Part shown: positions 1-32,600 of the stretch, one piece after another
How positions within the stretch are numbered: position 1 is the first letter of the stretch
How the letters are laid out: each line of letters opens with the position of its first letter
Program-made: the position numbers and the translations under genes
Notes under the pieces: model-generated
Told to the model about the DNA's origin: nothing
Database searches by the model: none
The model's input: only the letters and a program-made list of their open reading frames with translations
Origin: Balanoglossus misakiensis
Lineage: Eukaryota > Animalia > Hemichordata
DNA length: 64,000 bases
Assembly (NCBI GenBank): GCA_040954595.2
Contig: CM082576.2
Location: 16,167,028-16,231,027, forward strand
Direction of reading: 5' to 3'

Positions 1-551
1 CCTTGGTATGCTCCCGCGCTCACTTTGGAACCCCTTGCTGTGGTCAGACTGATTCTATTTCTCCACAACTTTTCTGTTCATAAACACACCATCAGCATTG
101 TTCCTACTTAGTACTATCTGGGGAAAATTGCCAACCAATACATGTTTCGTAAAAGTTAAATGGAAATGTGATCAATACAAATTGTTTTCAATACAAATAG
201 TTTTCCATGACGTACAGTGCAACTGACAAACCTCTGAAGAGTTAAGCCTCAGTCTTCATCAAATTCTGGATTCTGATCAAGTCATTATAAGCCTAGTCGT
301 TCACTGATGCACTCTAAACTCAGACTAAAAACATGGTGGACGTGTTGTTGCATCAAAACTTTGGAATAAATTCTCTGCCATCTGACATTCACCAGGCTTC
401 TAGTCTTAACATCTTTAGACCAGAAGCAGATAGGTTGACCCCACCTTCTAAAGTATCTTATATGAGGTTCGTTGCAGTAAAATTTGATTTTTTTGTTTTG
501 TTAATCCAATGCGTACATGTAAAACCCTTGTTTTTTTTTTTTTATATTCAG

Positions 552-19762
<19,211 letters not shown>

Positions 19763-21934
19763 TCTCCTGGTCATCCCGGCATTAAGAGTCAACCCATCTT
19801 ATGTGCGTGTAATTGCAAAGATTGGCTATCAGAGAGAATTCATTGCACATTTCTTTTCTTTTTGTAGATACTTGTACATGTAGTTACAACTGTTGCATTA
19901 TATATTAACAGCAACTTTCTTGTGTATACCTGTCAAGCCATAGGTAATTAGAGTTAAAACAACCCCTTTTCGTGATTATTCAAATTCTATTTTGTGAACG
20001 AAAAGTTCAACAAATGTATATTAAGGTGCATACTGATCATACAAAGCTTAATCTGTCATATTTAGTGGACAAGAGATTCTCATATTTTTGTATATTTTGT
20101 ATGATTTAAACTGTTAGGACAAGGCTTATTTTTGTATTAGAAATCTAAATAGAGACAAATTATTTACTTTGCAAAAAATGGTAGCTAAATATTCTCTTAC
20201 AGGTTGCTGATGAAAGTCGAGGCTATGTTACTTTGTTTTGTGTAAGATTACCTGTAGTCAGTTCAGTAAAGTCTGTACAATCCAAATTTGAAATAAGCAC
20301 CTCTTTGCCAATTAAACATACAGGTACATTACCCACCTAAATCACTGTGCTATTCATTTGCAAACTGACATGGGAAAATCAAGAGTTTAAATCTCTCTGG
20401 CAATGAATGGCAATCATGGTAGATACTAGTCATCTATGATTCAAAGTGTGATAATAATATACACAACTTTAAGCACACAAGTATAAGCTACAATAATGGA
20501 ATTGATAGATTAGATAACATGATTCAATAACTTCTGAGACTTTCTAGGTTTTAATAATTTTGCTTGTTAAAACTTATTTGTTAAACGGGAAGTTACCTTG
20601 GAATCTTGTGTAAATAAATCTATTCATTGGAAATCGTTGATGAAATTATGTAGGAATTATTGACTTTCACATCACTTGAGCGATGGCAAGCCCTTTGGCT
20701 GTTGTTAACTGGCAGAAATGACGTAGAGATCTTTGCATAGCCTGGCCAGTCTGTGTCTATTTAAGGCAGAATAAATTTCACTGCTGTTTACACTCAGGCA
20801 TATACTGGTACGTACCAATGATACACTCTGTGTTAAGTTATGGAAACTTTGTCTGTGTTATAAGTGTGCAACACGTTTGCCTTGGAACTTTGACCTACCA
20901 GCGCTAGGCTCCTACGTCACTTTGCCTTTGGCAAGAAGGTTTTTTTAAAAGGGTGCAAATAAGTGACGAATAACAAACACAGATTTCGTATCAGTTCTTC
21001 GTGAATATTTTAGTGATGAACACCAAATCAAAATGTAACTTTCCCCTTTAATATTAAGGCAAATTCAAAAACATGACTCTTTAAGAGTGAGACTGTATAT
21101 GATTAAATCAAAGAAAATTCAGGAAAACAGATATCTATGTAAGTGCACATACAGTTACAAAAGATATTATTGTCAGCAGTATAAGGAGCTGGCACATTTA
21201 GAAAGTTTCTTAATAATTGTATAGGTGGGAAAATTTTTACGTTTCATTGATGACGGTGGAAGTTAAAAATGTGCACGTGAAATGGCATGTGTCTATTTAC
21301 ATGTACCCATGTAAAACTACTCTGACCTCTTGATAATGTACCATTGGGCTTTAACTGGAAAATCTAAAGTACAGTAATTTTCATGGTGGATTGATTCCAA
21401 AAGTTGAAATTTGCATTTCCATGTCACTTCATGAGTTTCCAACATGATTGTAAATATGGTTTAATTTTGAGAAAACAAATTATGTGAGATGTCATTAACT
21501 GTCATTTCTGTTTCAGATTATGTACGACTGTGATCAGCAAATAAGAATTAGTCTTTAAATTAAATGTGTCTGTTTTTCTTGACATTTAAATTTTACAAAT
21601 TACAAATTCATGTGAATAATTTAACAAGGTAAACCTGTGTTGAACTATTCAATCTATTGTTGACCACCACCTTATCAACAATGGTACTAAAGTGGTTTAT
21701 GCTGATTTGTGATAGCAGTCACTAGAAAAATCAATAATCAAGGACTCTGTTTACAGTCGAATATAAATCTGTCAGCAGTGGATGACATGAACGATTAAAG
21801 TCTCAAAGAAATGCCGACTTCCCTGTGCCACAGTACACATACCAGTACACTGCTTTGATTTTACAATGGAGCAATATCTGACTGTCGTGTCAAAAGCAAG
21901 AAAACTATTTCAATCAACACCATTGCCACATATA

Positions 21935-22126
21935 CTGTAAAACCTGAAATTTTTGCATACAATAAGTTTTCGTGAACTCTACGAGAGCCAAAAACTGAAG
22001 AAGTAAAATATTTTTCAGAGATATCGATGCAGTGAAATACGAGAGCGCGCAAATTAATTGTTGCGTAACATTTGCTGATGTAGATATCACGAAAATTTCC
22101 TGTCGCAAAAATTTCCCGTTTTACAG
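21935..22126. mobile_element. MITE family B
   Basis: TA|CTGTAAAACC...CCCGTTTTACAG|TA. Confidence 0.75.
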
Positions 22127-25100
22127 TATGTTCACATTTTGTGTACTTCATTATTGTATAAGTGTTACTTACAGACACAGACTGAATTTTAAATGGCACC
22201 GTTGATGTTTGTAAAGTGACCTACAGAAAGTGTCACTGTATAGGTTTTTATACACTCCATAACCTAACACTATCCAACTTTTCTAAATGCACACTACAGA
22301 ACAAAGCACATACTGCAGATAGTGTTTTATGTAAAGGTTTAACAAAATGAATGTCTTATTTTCAGAACAATTTTTGATCAATTTGCTAATGATTGGCAAA
22401 GTAGACTTTAATATGAACCTTACTTGTAAGTTAAAGTCCCAGATTCAAATGAAGACCAAATATATTAAGTTTTTTATACTCTTGCCAACAACTAATGTAG
22501 TACCGGTAAACTATATTTATAAAATTATGTCTTTTAGCTTCTCATAATAAGTCTATTTACATGTACAAAGCCATTTTCCTGAAACACCATCTTCCATCTG
22601 TTATCGATAGAAAAAATATTATGGGAAAAGTGGTACTATCTCTACCAGTAGTTAGGTTTTTTTAATAAACAATTTTGGTGATTGTCTGTCATATCCTTAA
22701 TGCTCATATTTTATGTTAAATACCAAGCTGAAATAAAAGACCAATCACATGAACTTTGACCCTGAATGCATGGACTGATTTTATCAAGTAAACACGGTCC
22801 TCTCCACTCCCACCCCGGGCCCACCATGTGGTGCCAAAATGAAAAGACACACCATAATGAGTGACTACATAGCAGACTGTGACTGATCTGGCTTGATTTC
22901 AAAGTTGTTCACAAGAGAATAACAAGAACGGCGATATGAAAGACTACAAAGCACAGCAAAGATTTGAACCGTAAACATTTGTCAAGGCAAGAGTAACCAA
23001 GCTGGCGATTCGGTGACATCTTTGCTTGTGGTTACTGATATCTGCCAATGCAATCCAATACATCATAGCAGAGTAGAGTAGCACAGGTAAATGCCAAAGT
23101 TTTGACACTTATCTACCTGTACATGTTTTTTGGATGAAATTGAGACATTTGCAGAGAGTGTGGGTAGCAGCCTCACCTTTGTTGTTGCACAGTGCAGAAA
23201 ACTGGCTACCTGTGACTGCCAAAAGGAGAGTTTATTTCTGGTTGGATTGTGAGGTTGATAGGCAAGTTTGATTCAACGGGAAGGATCTGAATTTGAAAGG
23301 AAAACTGCTGTTCCGAGGGTCTGTTGTTGTGTACATAACAAAAACCCCAAAGAACTCTGTGCTCCCATTTGAAGTGTGACATATACTTGGACTGGTTAGA
23401 GTATTCTCCGTCTCATGCTGATCAATTTCAAACACACACCTGGTCCATCAGGGAGACTTATTAGAATTTTATGTGTGCACAATGAACTATTAGTTGTCCT
23501 GTGATTTGGGGAAATCAGTGATGGGAAAAACCAGTCCCCTAGAAACCAATCTCAAACCAGTGCGACAAAGAAATTTCCTCATATATAGTGCAGTATTCCT
23601 CTGGATGATAATTACACTTAATTTTCAAATAGCAGTTCATTTACATGACACTGCTTAGCATGTAATGGTATGTCAGATAGTTTACATATACACACGCATA
23701 CCGGTACATACATACATTTGTACATACAATGTAGGGATACAACAATGTAAATACACATTCTCCCGAACCAGAGCCAAAGTTGATAACACCTTCCCTTGAC
23801 GAGAAATTTCAACCAATACTTTGCAGAATCTTTCAGTTTTATAGCTTTATTTCAACCAATACAAAGTGATGAGAAAACAACCTATCATTTTGGAGTATAA
23901 TTTACAAGATAATCAGAAACATCACACACAACACCATTATAAAAAGAAAAACTACATAATTACTATCTGCAATGATGAAACTTTACATCTTGTCAGCAAT
24001 TGTAAAATGCAAAACCAATGGTGCAAGATTTCCAAAATCTTCGGATACTTGTAGCAAGTTTCAGCAAATTTGGTGCACTTATTTGGAAATTCACAAATCC
24101 TTTGTTTCGAGTCTTTTCCGACTAGGGGTTTAATGTTGTCGGTGTTGATCAATCCGATATCTGGAGCACATTTTCATTCCCTGGACAGACACATGAGGAC
24201 ACTACATGCACCTTTTCTTCAAATAATGATACATTGTATCAGCAAATATTTACAACAAATAAACAAAGTTATATTATTTTCAAATATTTCCTATCAAAAA
24301 GACATAATTTTGAGATTGAAGCATCAGCAATGAAAACCAGTGACAATGTGATTTCAAGCTGCAAATGCTGCAAGATACTTGCATGGTTTGTTTTCTTAAC
24401 TACTGCCATGCATGTCAGTCAGTCAGTTCTGAAGTTCGACTGAGACAGGTTGGTATGCAAGGTTCAGATTGGACGGACGTGCAGGCTGAGCTAAATCTCT
24501 CATTTGGAAAGATGTAAAAGGAGTGTTGCAATTTAGGAAAAATATGTATTCTTATCTTCTGCATGCTGTACATTGTCCAAAAAGAGACTCCAATCTCAGC
24601 CATTACAGTAAAAAAAGTGTCAAAGAATTTGATCAGAATTGATATCCAGTATTCAACTGTGCAACATACTTCATCATGATCCTTTCACCAGCTTTGAGAA
24701 AATTTGTAACATTTTTTGAGTTGTGTGTATAAATTGCTTTCTGTCTATTTCACTGCACTTATAATTGTTACCCAGTACCCGACATAAAAGAAGTTTACAT
24801 TATAAATATTTAAAGTTAGCATGACTCAATATATATATATGAATTCATGATGTCAGGATTTTTAAAATGATAATACAATGTGCAGCTGCCATTATGTGAA
24901 TTTTGCCAATTATACTGGATCGAATTTTAGTACATTGTATCATGACTTCGTCCCTGTTTCACACACAATGGTTTGAGCTTTGCTTCCAAATCATTCCACT
25001 GTGATGGCAAATTGGGGACAGACATTCCCTGAAATAGAGTTACCGGGACAATAATTTGAAAACCCTGGAGTTGAAAACTGCGCCACATGTAAATTACATT

Positions 25101-26090
25101 TTCTCCCATTTAAATATTGTCAACACTATTAATAAGCAACTGTTATTCTCTTCTCAAGGCCTGGAGCTGGCAGTTTCATAAAAATCCATTTTTTTTTCAA
25201 ATTCATACATAAAATTTAGCCATCATTTGAACATCGAATCTTGGATCCATATTTGTATTCTGCAGAGTATGGATACACATGTACTGGACAAGCATTCCTA
25301 GAATTCTACAAAATTGATCTTACCACACAATTTGTTTTACAAATATATAAATTTCATGAAAGTATAGCACCTCAAATATAGTATACAGACATGGCCACAC
25401 ACAATTTCTCTAAACCTATCAAACAAGTCAAATTTATTTTACATGTATACTTTACATTTTTCATACAAAATGACACCAAAGCAACAGCATAGAAATAGCA
25501 GATTGCATAGAAATAATAAGATAAGGCAATGTTCTGCAGTGATTTTTTTTAAAAGTTAATAAAAATACAGAAACCCAGCTGTTTAATGAAAATATATGTA
25601 GAAAGTACATTTCTGCTGAATATACATGAAAAAAAGCCAATTTACATGTTCAGTCTATTTTCAACAGAATAAAAAGCATTATTAACTTCTTAATACTGTT
25701 ACATGTACTTTTCATAGGCAGCCATTAAAAGTGAAGGTAACAAGCAAGTTGCACTGGTAGAGAAAAGCAGAGTCATTTTGACTTTAAAGTAAATACTGAG
25801 TGTGAGTATGTATTTGCACATAGGACAATTCAGTAAGATTAATCAGTTTGCAGTGCATTTGTGCTACATTCAAATGGAAAGCTGCACTGAGCCATTCAAT
25901 GATGCAATGCTCCAAACCATGCTGTAAATACTATAACATCTTTACACACACATCATACAGAGGTATGTCTCATGATTAAAATAAAAAAGTAAAGTCTTCC
26001 ATTCTATTGTCGCTATATCTTGCCTCAAAGAACAGTTCTCGGGGGTTGGAAAAGACCACAGGGTTCAATATAAATAGTTTTGTTTTTTCT

Positions 26091-27757
26091 CTAGGAGCTT
26101 GGCTCACTAGTTCCATCCGCTTTTTCCTTCTGAAGTTTCAAGATTTCATCAAGCATGAATTGTAATGGATCTTCTGGTCGGTGGTACACTAAATTGGCAG
26201 TCAGTTGCTGTGTAAAGAAAATGAATGGGATTAAAATCAGTATCACCGGATTTATTTGATGACATTATTTGAGCAAGGTTCATATTGATAAGATCGGTCA
26301 AATATATTTGACTATCATCCTACAGAGTACAGGGAACATAGATTAAATTTACACTCGGAAATTGATTCAACTGCTACAATGATTTCATTTCATATATTCA
26401 TTTATAGCCATATCCCTTATTTACCCCGGTAGCAGTTCAGAGCAGTTATCTGAGGCACAAAAAGGTGGGCAGTTTAGACCACAGGACCACAAAACAATTG
26501 TTTTAAACAATGATGTAAAACTAAAATTCTGTGTACAGCTTCCTGCTTTTAACAGTCATGTGATATCAACAGGCAGCATTTTCTGATAGGTATGCAATGG
26601 ACAACAATACGTAAATACACAGTCTGGGAAAAACATGAGTGATTTAACAATGCCATACGTCGGATAATGGTCCCTGCAATATCACATGACAAAAGTGCCA
26701 AACTTGGCACTTTTTTCCTCTTTTAATATCAAATGTATACAGTTGATGAAGCCCTAGAATGCAATTCTGACACTATTTTGTTTGTATTTGTGAAGTACAT
26801 GTATTATACACTGCTTTTCAAAATAACCAAACACAAGACGTTATGTATTGTAAAAAAAAATAGAATTGCTGAATTTCCCCTTTAAATTGTAAATCGAACT
26901 TTGAAGTAGGAGAAAAATGATGGAAAAACACACTGAATAGTGCGCCAATTTCATTAACTGAGTCTACTTTGATCATCAACTTGTAAGAGCACATAACTGT
27001 CAGTCACTAAGAAGTGTTAACATTGGCTGAAAAGAGAGTTTAGTAACATTTGTCACCAAGAGGCGTGACCGTTCTACAGCTACGTCAGCTTGGCAAACAT
27101 GTCTCAACTTTAAAAAGTCAAAGTGTAAAAGTTACATGTAGCCGAATGGCTGAGTAAACTTACTGCAGTGCCAATTAAACAAATTCAAGACTTCACAGAT
27201 ATTTTGTATGTTTTTTTTTATCATTATGGATCAAAAGATGTTGAGTTTTCATTCCATATATACTATGCCGAATGAAGGTTAAACATGAAACGCTCAATAA
27301 TGTATAACATGCATAATGCGTGTTCTTTTGTTTTGTTATTGTTGACAACGTCGGCGTGCATAGAAACCACTTTTCATGACGAATATAACCAGTCGAGAAG
27401 TATCAAATACAACAGAAAATGAAACGTGTATATCTTTCCACCTCCTTAAACACCACTTACCTGAAATACGTGCATGACGTTGTATTTTTCTAAATATTTT
27501 ATTGCTCGCGTGTAGGGGTCTTCGACAGGGGGGACGTAAGCATACGAAGGGTCTTCGTCAACGCGGAGATCCTCCCCCAATTTTCTTTCAATTTCGTCTG
27601 TTACCGTTGTTGCATGATCCAAAGTGCTTGATATCGATGGAGCCACGTCTCTGAGTGGTTGATCGGGCAACGGCGTTGGGGCTTCACTCAAATCGCCCTG
27701 AGTTAGGAGGACATTCTGCAACTGTTCATTCTCCGGCTGCTGTAACACGTCCGCCAT
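26091..27757 (-). CDS. TEX55: TEX55/C3orf30-like protein with C-terminal Dpy-30/RIIa-like dimerisation-docking domain, 137 aa
   Basis: Exon 27757-27461 (MADVLQQPEN...[21 protein letters not shown], donor gtaagt) joins exon 26207-26091 ([24 protein letters not shown]...*). The joined motif [31 protein letters not shown] closely resembles the TEX55 C-terminus as recalled ([31 protein letters not shown]). Confidence 0.8.
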
Positions 27758-27799
27758 GATTCTTGCTGTTGGCTTCTTTGGGCACAATGCGTATCATCG

Positions 27800-27945
27800 T
27801 TGGTGGCGTCAGCATGCAAGACGCGGACGCGCGCGTCAAGGCGCCGTGGAGGGCGCGCGCGCGTCGGCGCTGGTATTACCCACAAGTCACTTCGATGGAA
27901 CACTTCCGGGGTATTTCCAAGACGGCCCTGGGACTTCCCCATATT
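27800..27945. promoter_or_regulatory. CpG-rich, probably bidirectional promoter between TEX55-like and Rel genes, with kB and Ets sites
   Basis: Local GC/CpG-rich patch (gcgcgcgc runs). CACTTCCGG (Ets/GABP) at 27901-27909, GGGGTATTTCC at 27908-27918, and GGGACTTCCC (fits GGGRNWYYCC) at 27930-27939. Confidence 0.55.
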
Positions 27946-29635
27946 CTATTTTTAGACATAACAAGAATGGGGTTTATAGCCGCATTTAAAAGTATACCTA
28001 GGTTATACTTCCAGTTGCTTATTTAAATCAATTTGAAACTAAAACAACACATGTGAACAAGCAAGTAAGCACTCAGCGTGCGTGTTGCAAATCTGACTGA
28101 AGATTCCGGACTCTGGACAGGGCCAAAAATAGAGGAGTGCAGTGTACATCGCGAAGTTTCATCAACGACACGCCGACTGACACATGTAGTTGTGGGTTGA
28201 GAATGGCAAGGAATGATATTTTAGAAACAGGTTTAATGCCATATAACGACATCGATCAAAGCAGCTTGACAGGTTGGTACTGATAAAACCGATAAGGTGA
28301 CTGTGTATCGTGTGTGGGGTGTGGGGTGTTGGGGGATGGGCAACTTGATGAATGAGAGAATGTTTGGTGTACAACTATCTCCTCTGCTACTAGTACTACT
28401 CCAGTACTCATGCTACTTTAGAAACTCAAGACATATAGCACGTGGTAAACTGAATCTGTCGGTCGGGGACGTCATCATGATCGTCTCCGTCTGATAAACA
28501 AAATATATTTTACCCTACATACGGACCGGTCGAGCCTATAAACCCGAAAACAAAATTGCGGTTCTTGAAATTTAAATTTTGTTCTAAATTACAGTGCCAA
28601 ATGTTCATTACAGACGCTCATATGAGTCATGACTTCCATATATGGAATCCAAGGGTGCGTAAGCGTTTACTACGTCCGGAAGTCATGTGAACTGAAAGTC
28701 CAGTTGATGAAATCATGAACGTAAAATTTATATCAATGTATATGGACTATCGATCTTTTCTTCTATTAGTATTATACCATATTTCCTGTTTATAAATGTC
28801 GAGTGCTAATTTTTAATTGGGACAGTTTTAATATCACTTCTTGGTTATTATGCAAATTTATGTCAACAAAATGACTGCTGATGAAAGTGATAAATTGATC
28901 CTAACCCTACCTAGTAATACTTATAGTATTGGGTGATTGAATGTCCGAATGCCAGTAAAGGTGTTATCGTAGTTATTCCAACGAAGTTACATGTACCACA
29001 GAATGAACAAAATGGCACTCTGCATATTTATAGCACATGTCATCAGCCTATGAAGAACACTATTCATCAGATCCCTCTTGTTCTCAGGAATATAAAACTG
29101 TCACTGTGTCATATTACTCCTTTTGACCAACTTTTTGAAGAACTAAATCCGCACCTTGTGAAAGTCGGTCACTGATCCAGTTCACAGACATTTGAATACA
29201 CTGCCAATACCAAGAGGGAATCTTCAAGTTGATTTAACGAGATAATTTTGAAGCCTTGCTGTTTTGAATCTGTGAGTGTTACTCAACAAACTAAACGTTA
29301 AAGCAAATGTCATAAAAATTCAGGAGAAATCCTAATTAGATTATAGAAACTGCAATGCATATACATTCCATTATGGAAGCAGTACTAAGTGTCCCTAATA
29401 TTCAAACTCATTATTTGGACAAATTTTAACAAACTAATACAGCCATGTGTGATATGATTTATAATATTGTTAAACACTATCATCATTACTTGTAATTACT
29501 GCCAGTGCTTCCAAGTTAACTTATGTCTCGTATTAAAAGATCACATTATATCAACTGCAATATATGTGTAAATATAATCATTAATAGATAATCAATCCAT
29601 TTTCAGCATGGTCAGGTAATTTACATCTGCAGCCA

Positions 29636-32600
29636 ATGGATTGCAGTATGATTGATGAAAATGCAACAGGGCTTATCATCATAGAACAACCACATGCAAG
29701 AAAACTGAGATTCCGTTACAAATCGGAAGGAGAGACTGCGGGAAGTATTGTAGGCGAAAATAGCACTGCAGAACGACCAACCTATCCCACTCTCCAGGTG
29801 AGTGATTATACATGTTCGAGTAATACATGTAATGTAACACGTTAGGCTATAATTCTGCTCTCTGGCCATTATTTCAACATTTACACTTCTAGTTTCCAGT
29901 TGCCGTAAGTACAAATGGCAGTTGAAGCTGTTTGTATCCGCTGCACAAGAATTAATAATCCTTTACATGTATGTGTGTAAATAACAGTACATCTATATGT
30001 TTTGATATTTGGTGTGCGAATTTCAATTCATCTTTTTATTCAACTATAAATGTTACTGAAAATGATGAACATGCCATTCACTGATTCAGTGATGATGAGT
30101 TTGTTGAATCTTAAGAGAAGTGTGCCATTTCATCTCAAGCAGTTGTCTGTTAATAGGTCTCTTGTTATTCCCTTTGGATGAAAGCCCAGGGGGCAAATAG
30201 ATTACCCTTTGTCTGTCTGTCATTTAGTCCATCTGTCCATCCACCTAGAGCCATTATTCAGTCAAATGCTTGGACTGATTCAAGGTTGACTGATTCCATT
30301 CAAACTTTGCACATGGGCAAGGCTTGCAAGCTAAAAATAACACATGACCTATACGTGACCTGGGTGTGCATGTGGCTGTGTTCTCTTGACTTGCATATGA
30401 TCACGTTCCTGGCATGTTTGGAGACACAGATGTTAATTAAAATTATCGCAACACAGTTTTATCAGACAGAGTACAGATTTCATTTGTCATCATTTTTGAT
30501 ACCTGTCTAACTGAAACAATGTTATTAAAGGTATACTGTCACCTCCAATTTACATACGCCCATATATGGCTGAAATGGCGTATTTGAGCGTTCTAAAGAA
30601 CATATGGTGGCGCTCTTTTTTTTCGCGTGTGCCACTGAAAATTAGTGATTGGCTAGATCTCAATGTGCCATGGTAACTATAGTATAGCTAATTTTCAATA
30701 GGTGACCATGTACCTTTAACTTTTTGAACCAACGTCATAGTGATGTGTATAATCCGTTCTTTGCATCAGTGTTTTTGGTTCTGTTTGTGACGACACCAAG
30801 CTTTTCTATATGTGAGAGCATATCATCACCTCTGACAAGACAGTGTGTATCAGTCAAAAGTCAGTCAACAAAAAGTTTTGTTAAGTTTGTAAGCATGCTG
30901 GCAAAAACACACATGAAAGGGTGTGCAGTACGCCGAACTATCAACACCACACATTGATTTATTTTATCACATGAGACCGACAACTGAGCAGCATATCAAC
31001 CAACAGTTGGCCCCTACACCTACAGCTATCTGGAAAAGGAGCTATTACTAACAATGATTTGCTTTTTGTGTGAAAGGTAATCAACTGTCAAGGTCCTGCA
31101 GAAATTGTTGTGAGTGCCGTCAGTAAAGATGATCCAGTATGTCCGCATCCATACAGTCTGGTGGGCAAGGATTGCAAAGATGGAGTGTGTATTCTCAAAG
31201 TAGCACCAGGACAAACAATTGTCAGGTAATCCATGTCAAGAATTATTAGACTTGTGAAGAAAACCATTACTGTCTTATAATTATACATTTTCATAAATTT
31301 CAGAAATTACACAGTATTTTCTTCTTTTTCACAAGTACATTAAATAAAAAAAGGCGCACACTCATTCCTGCATATGTGGAAATACACACTATCCCACTTG
31401 CATATGTTTTCTAACCTAAATTCCCAAGCCATTTCATCCACGTGCACATATTGCATAATCTATTACATTTAGGAAGACAGTTTCAAAAGGTTAGTCAGAA
31501 TAGGGTCTAGTGCACATGACTGGTTTTGGTGACAGAAGTGAAATCTTCAAAGCAATATGGTTATGACCTATTGACCTTTTCTGAGGCCAAAGATCGTGCA
31601 AATTGGTTCTAAGTTTAGAAATAATTGTTTAAAAAGAAGTCTGAGAAAGACTGAGCCAATTATCGACATGAATAGGTAAAATTTTAACAATGACCTACAC
31701 TGGAATATACGATTTATAACTTCTTAATGTAAAAGTTAACCTACATTTATGTTATAGGGTTAAAAAAAATTATACATATTTGGGCATTGATAAGTGAAAA
31801 TTATCTTTGATGAACTACATGAAGTTTCAAAGTTTGTTTCCATTAGTTTGTAAGCATCAACCTAAAGTGTTGGCTTTGCATAATCGTTTGTAGGTCAGTA
31901 GCCTTTGGTGTTTATTTTAGATACTTTCAGTTCCCTGTGACTTTATCAAGCAAGGCAAATGGAAATAAAAGGTTCCAATAGTTCACTATAATATTGGCAA
32001 ATGTCTTCTCTATTAAATTGAATCAATGAAAAACAGAAACTAGCAATGGTCTCCAACTATGATTATGAAGTTTTCACAGTTTTACATCTGTATCTTTTGC
32101 ATTGTTTCTTATTTCTAGCACATACCATGTCCACTTAACTTTTTTCTGTTATAGCTTATTCATATTGGTTTGTACATGGTGATATATTGTGTTTTTATTT
32201 TATGCACTCTTGAAATTTGTCATCTTGTGTGGTGATACAGCTAGATGATGGTTACCTCCAATTTACATACGCCCATATATGTCAGAAGTGGCGTATTCGA
32301 GTGTTCTAAAGAACATATTCTGGCGCTCTTTTTTCGCGTGTGCCACCCACTGAAAATCTGTGATTGGCCAGATCTCAATTTGCCATGGTATAAACTGTAG
32401 CTATATTTGCATAGGTGACCGTATACCTTTAATTTCTGTGTGACATGGCCGTATGATCAAAAATAACAGTGCATGATGATATTTGTCCAACAGCTGTTTT
32501 GGTATGGGTGTAAGGTGTGAAAAGAAGAAAGATGTCCCAGAAGCCTTTGGACTGAAGAAGAGAAATCCCAGGCAGGCATTCAGAGGTGAGAGAAATTGAG

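Noticed and set aside
19763-26090. Short ORFs between the convergent EML and TEX55-like genes
   Set aside because: No coherent exon chain or motifs; most likely 3'UTRs and intergenic DNA.
28620-28700. AP-1 (TGAGTCA), Ets (CCGGAAGT) and IRF-like motifs upstream of the Rel coding exons
   Set aside because: Short motifs expected by chance; not supportable without conservation or chromatin data.
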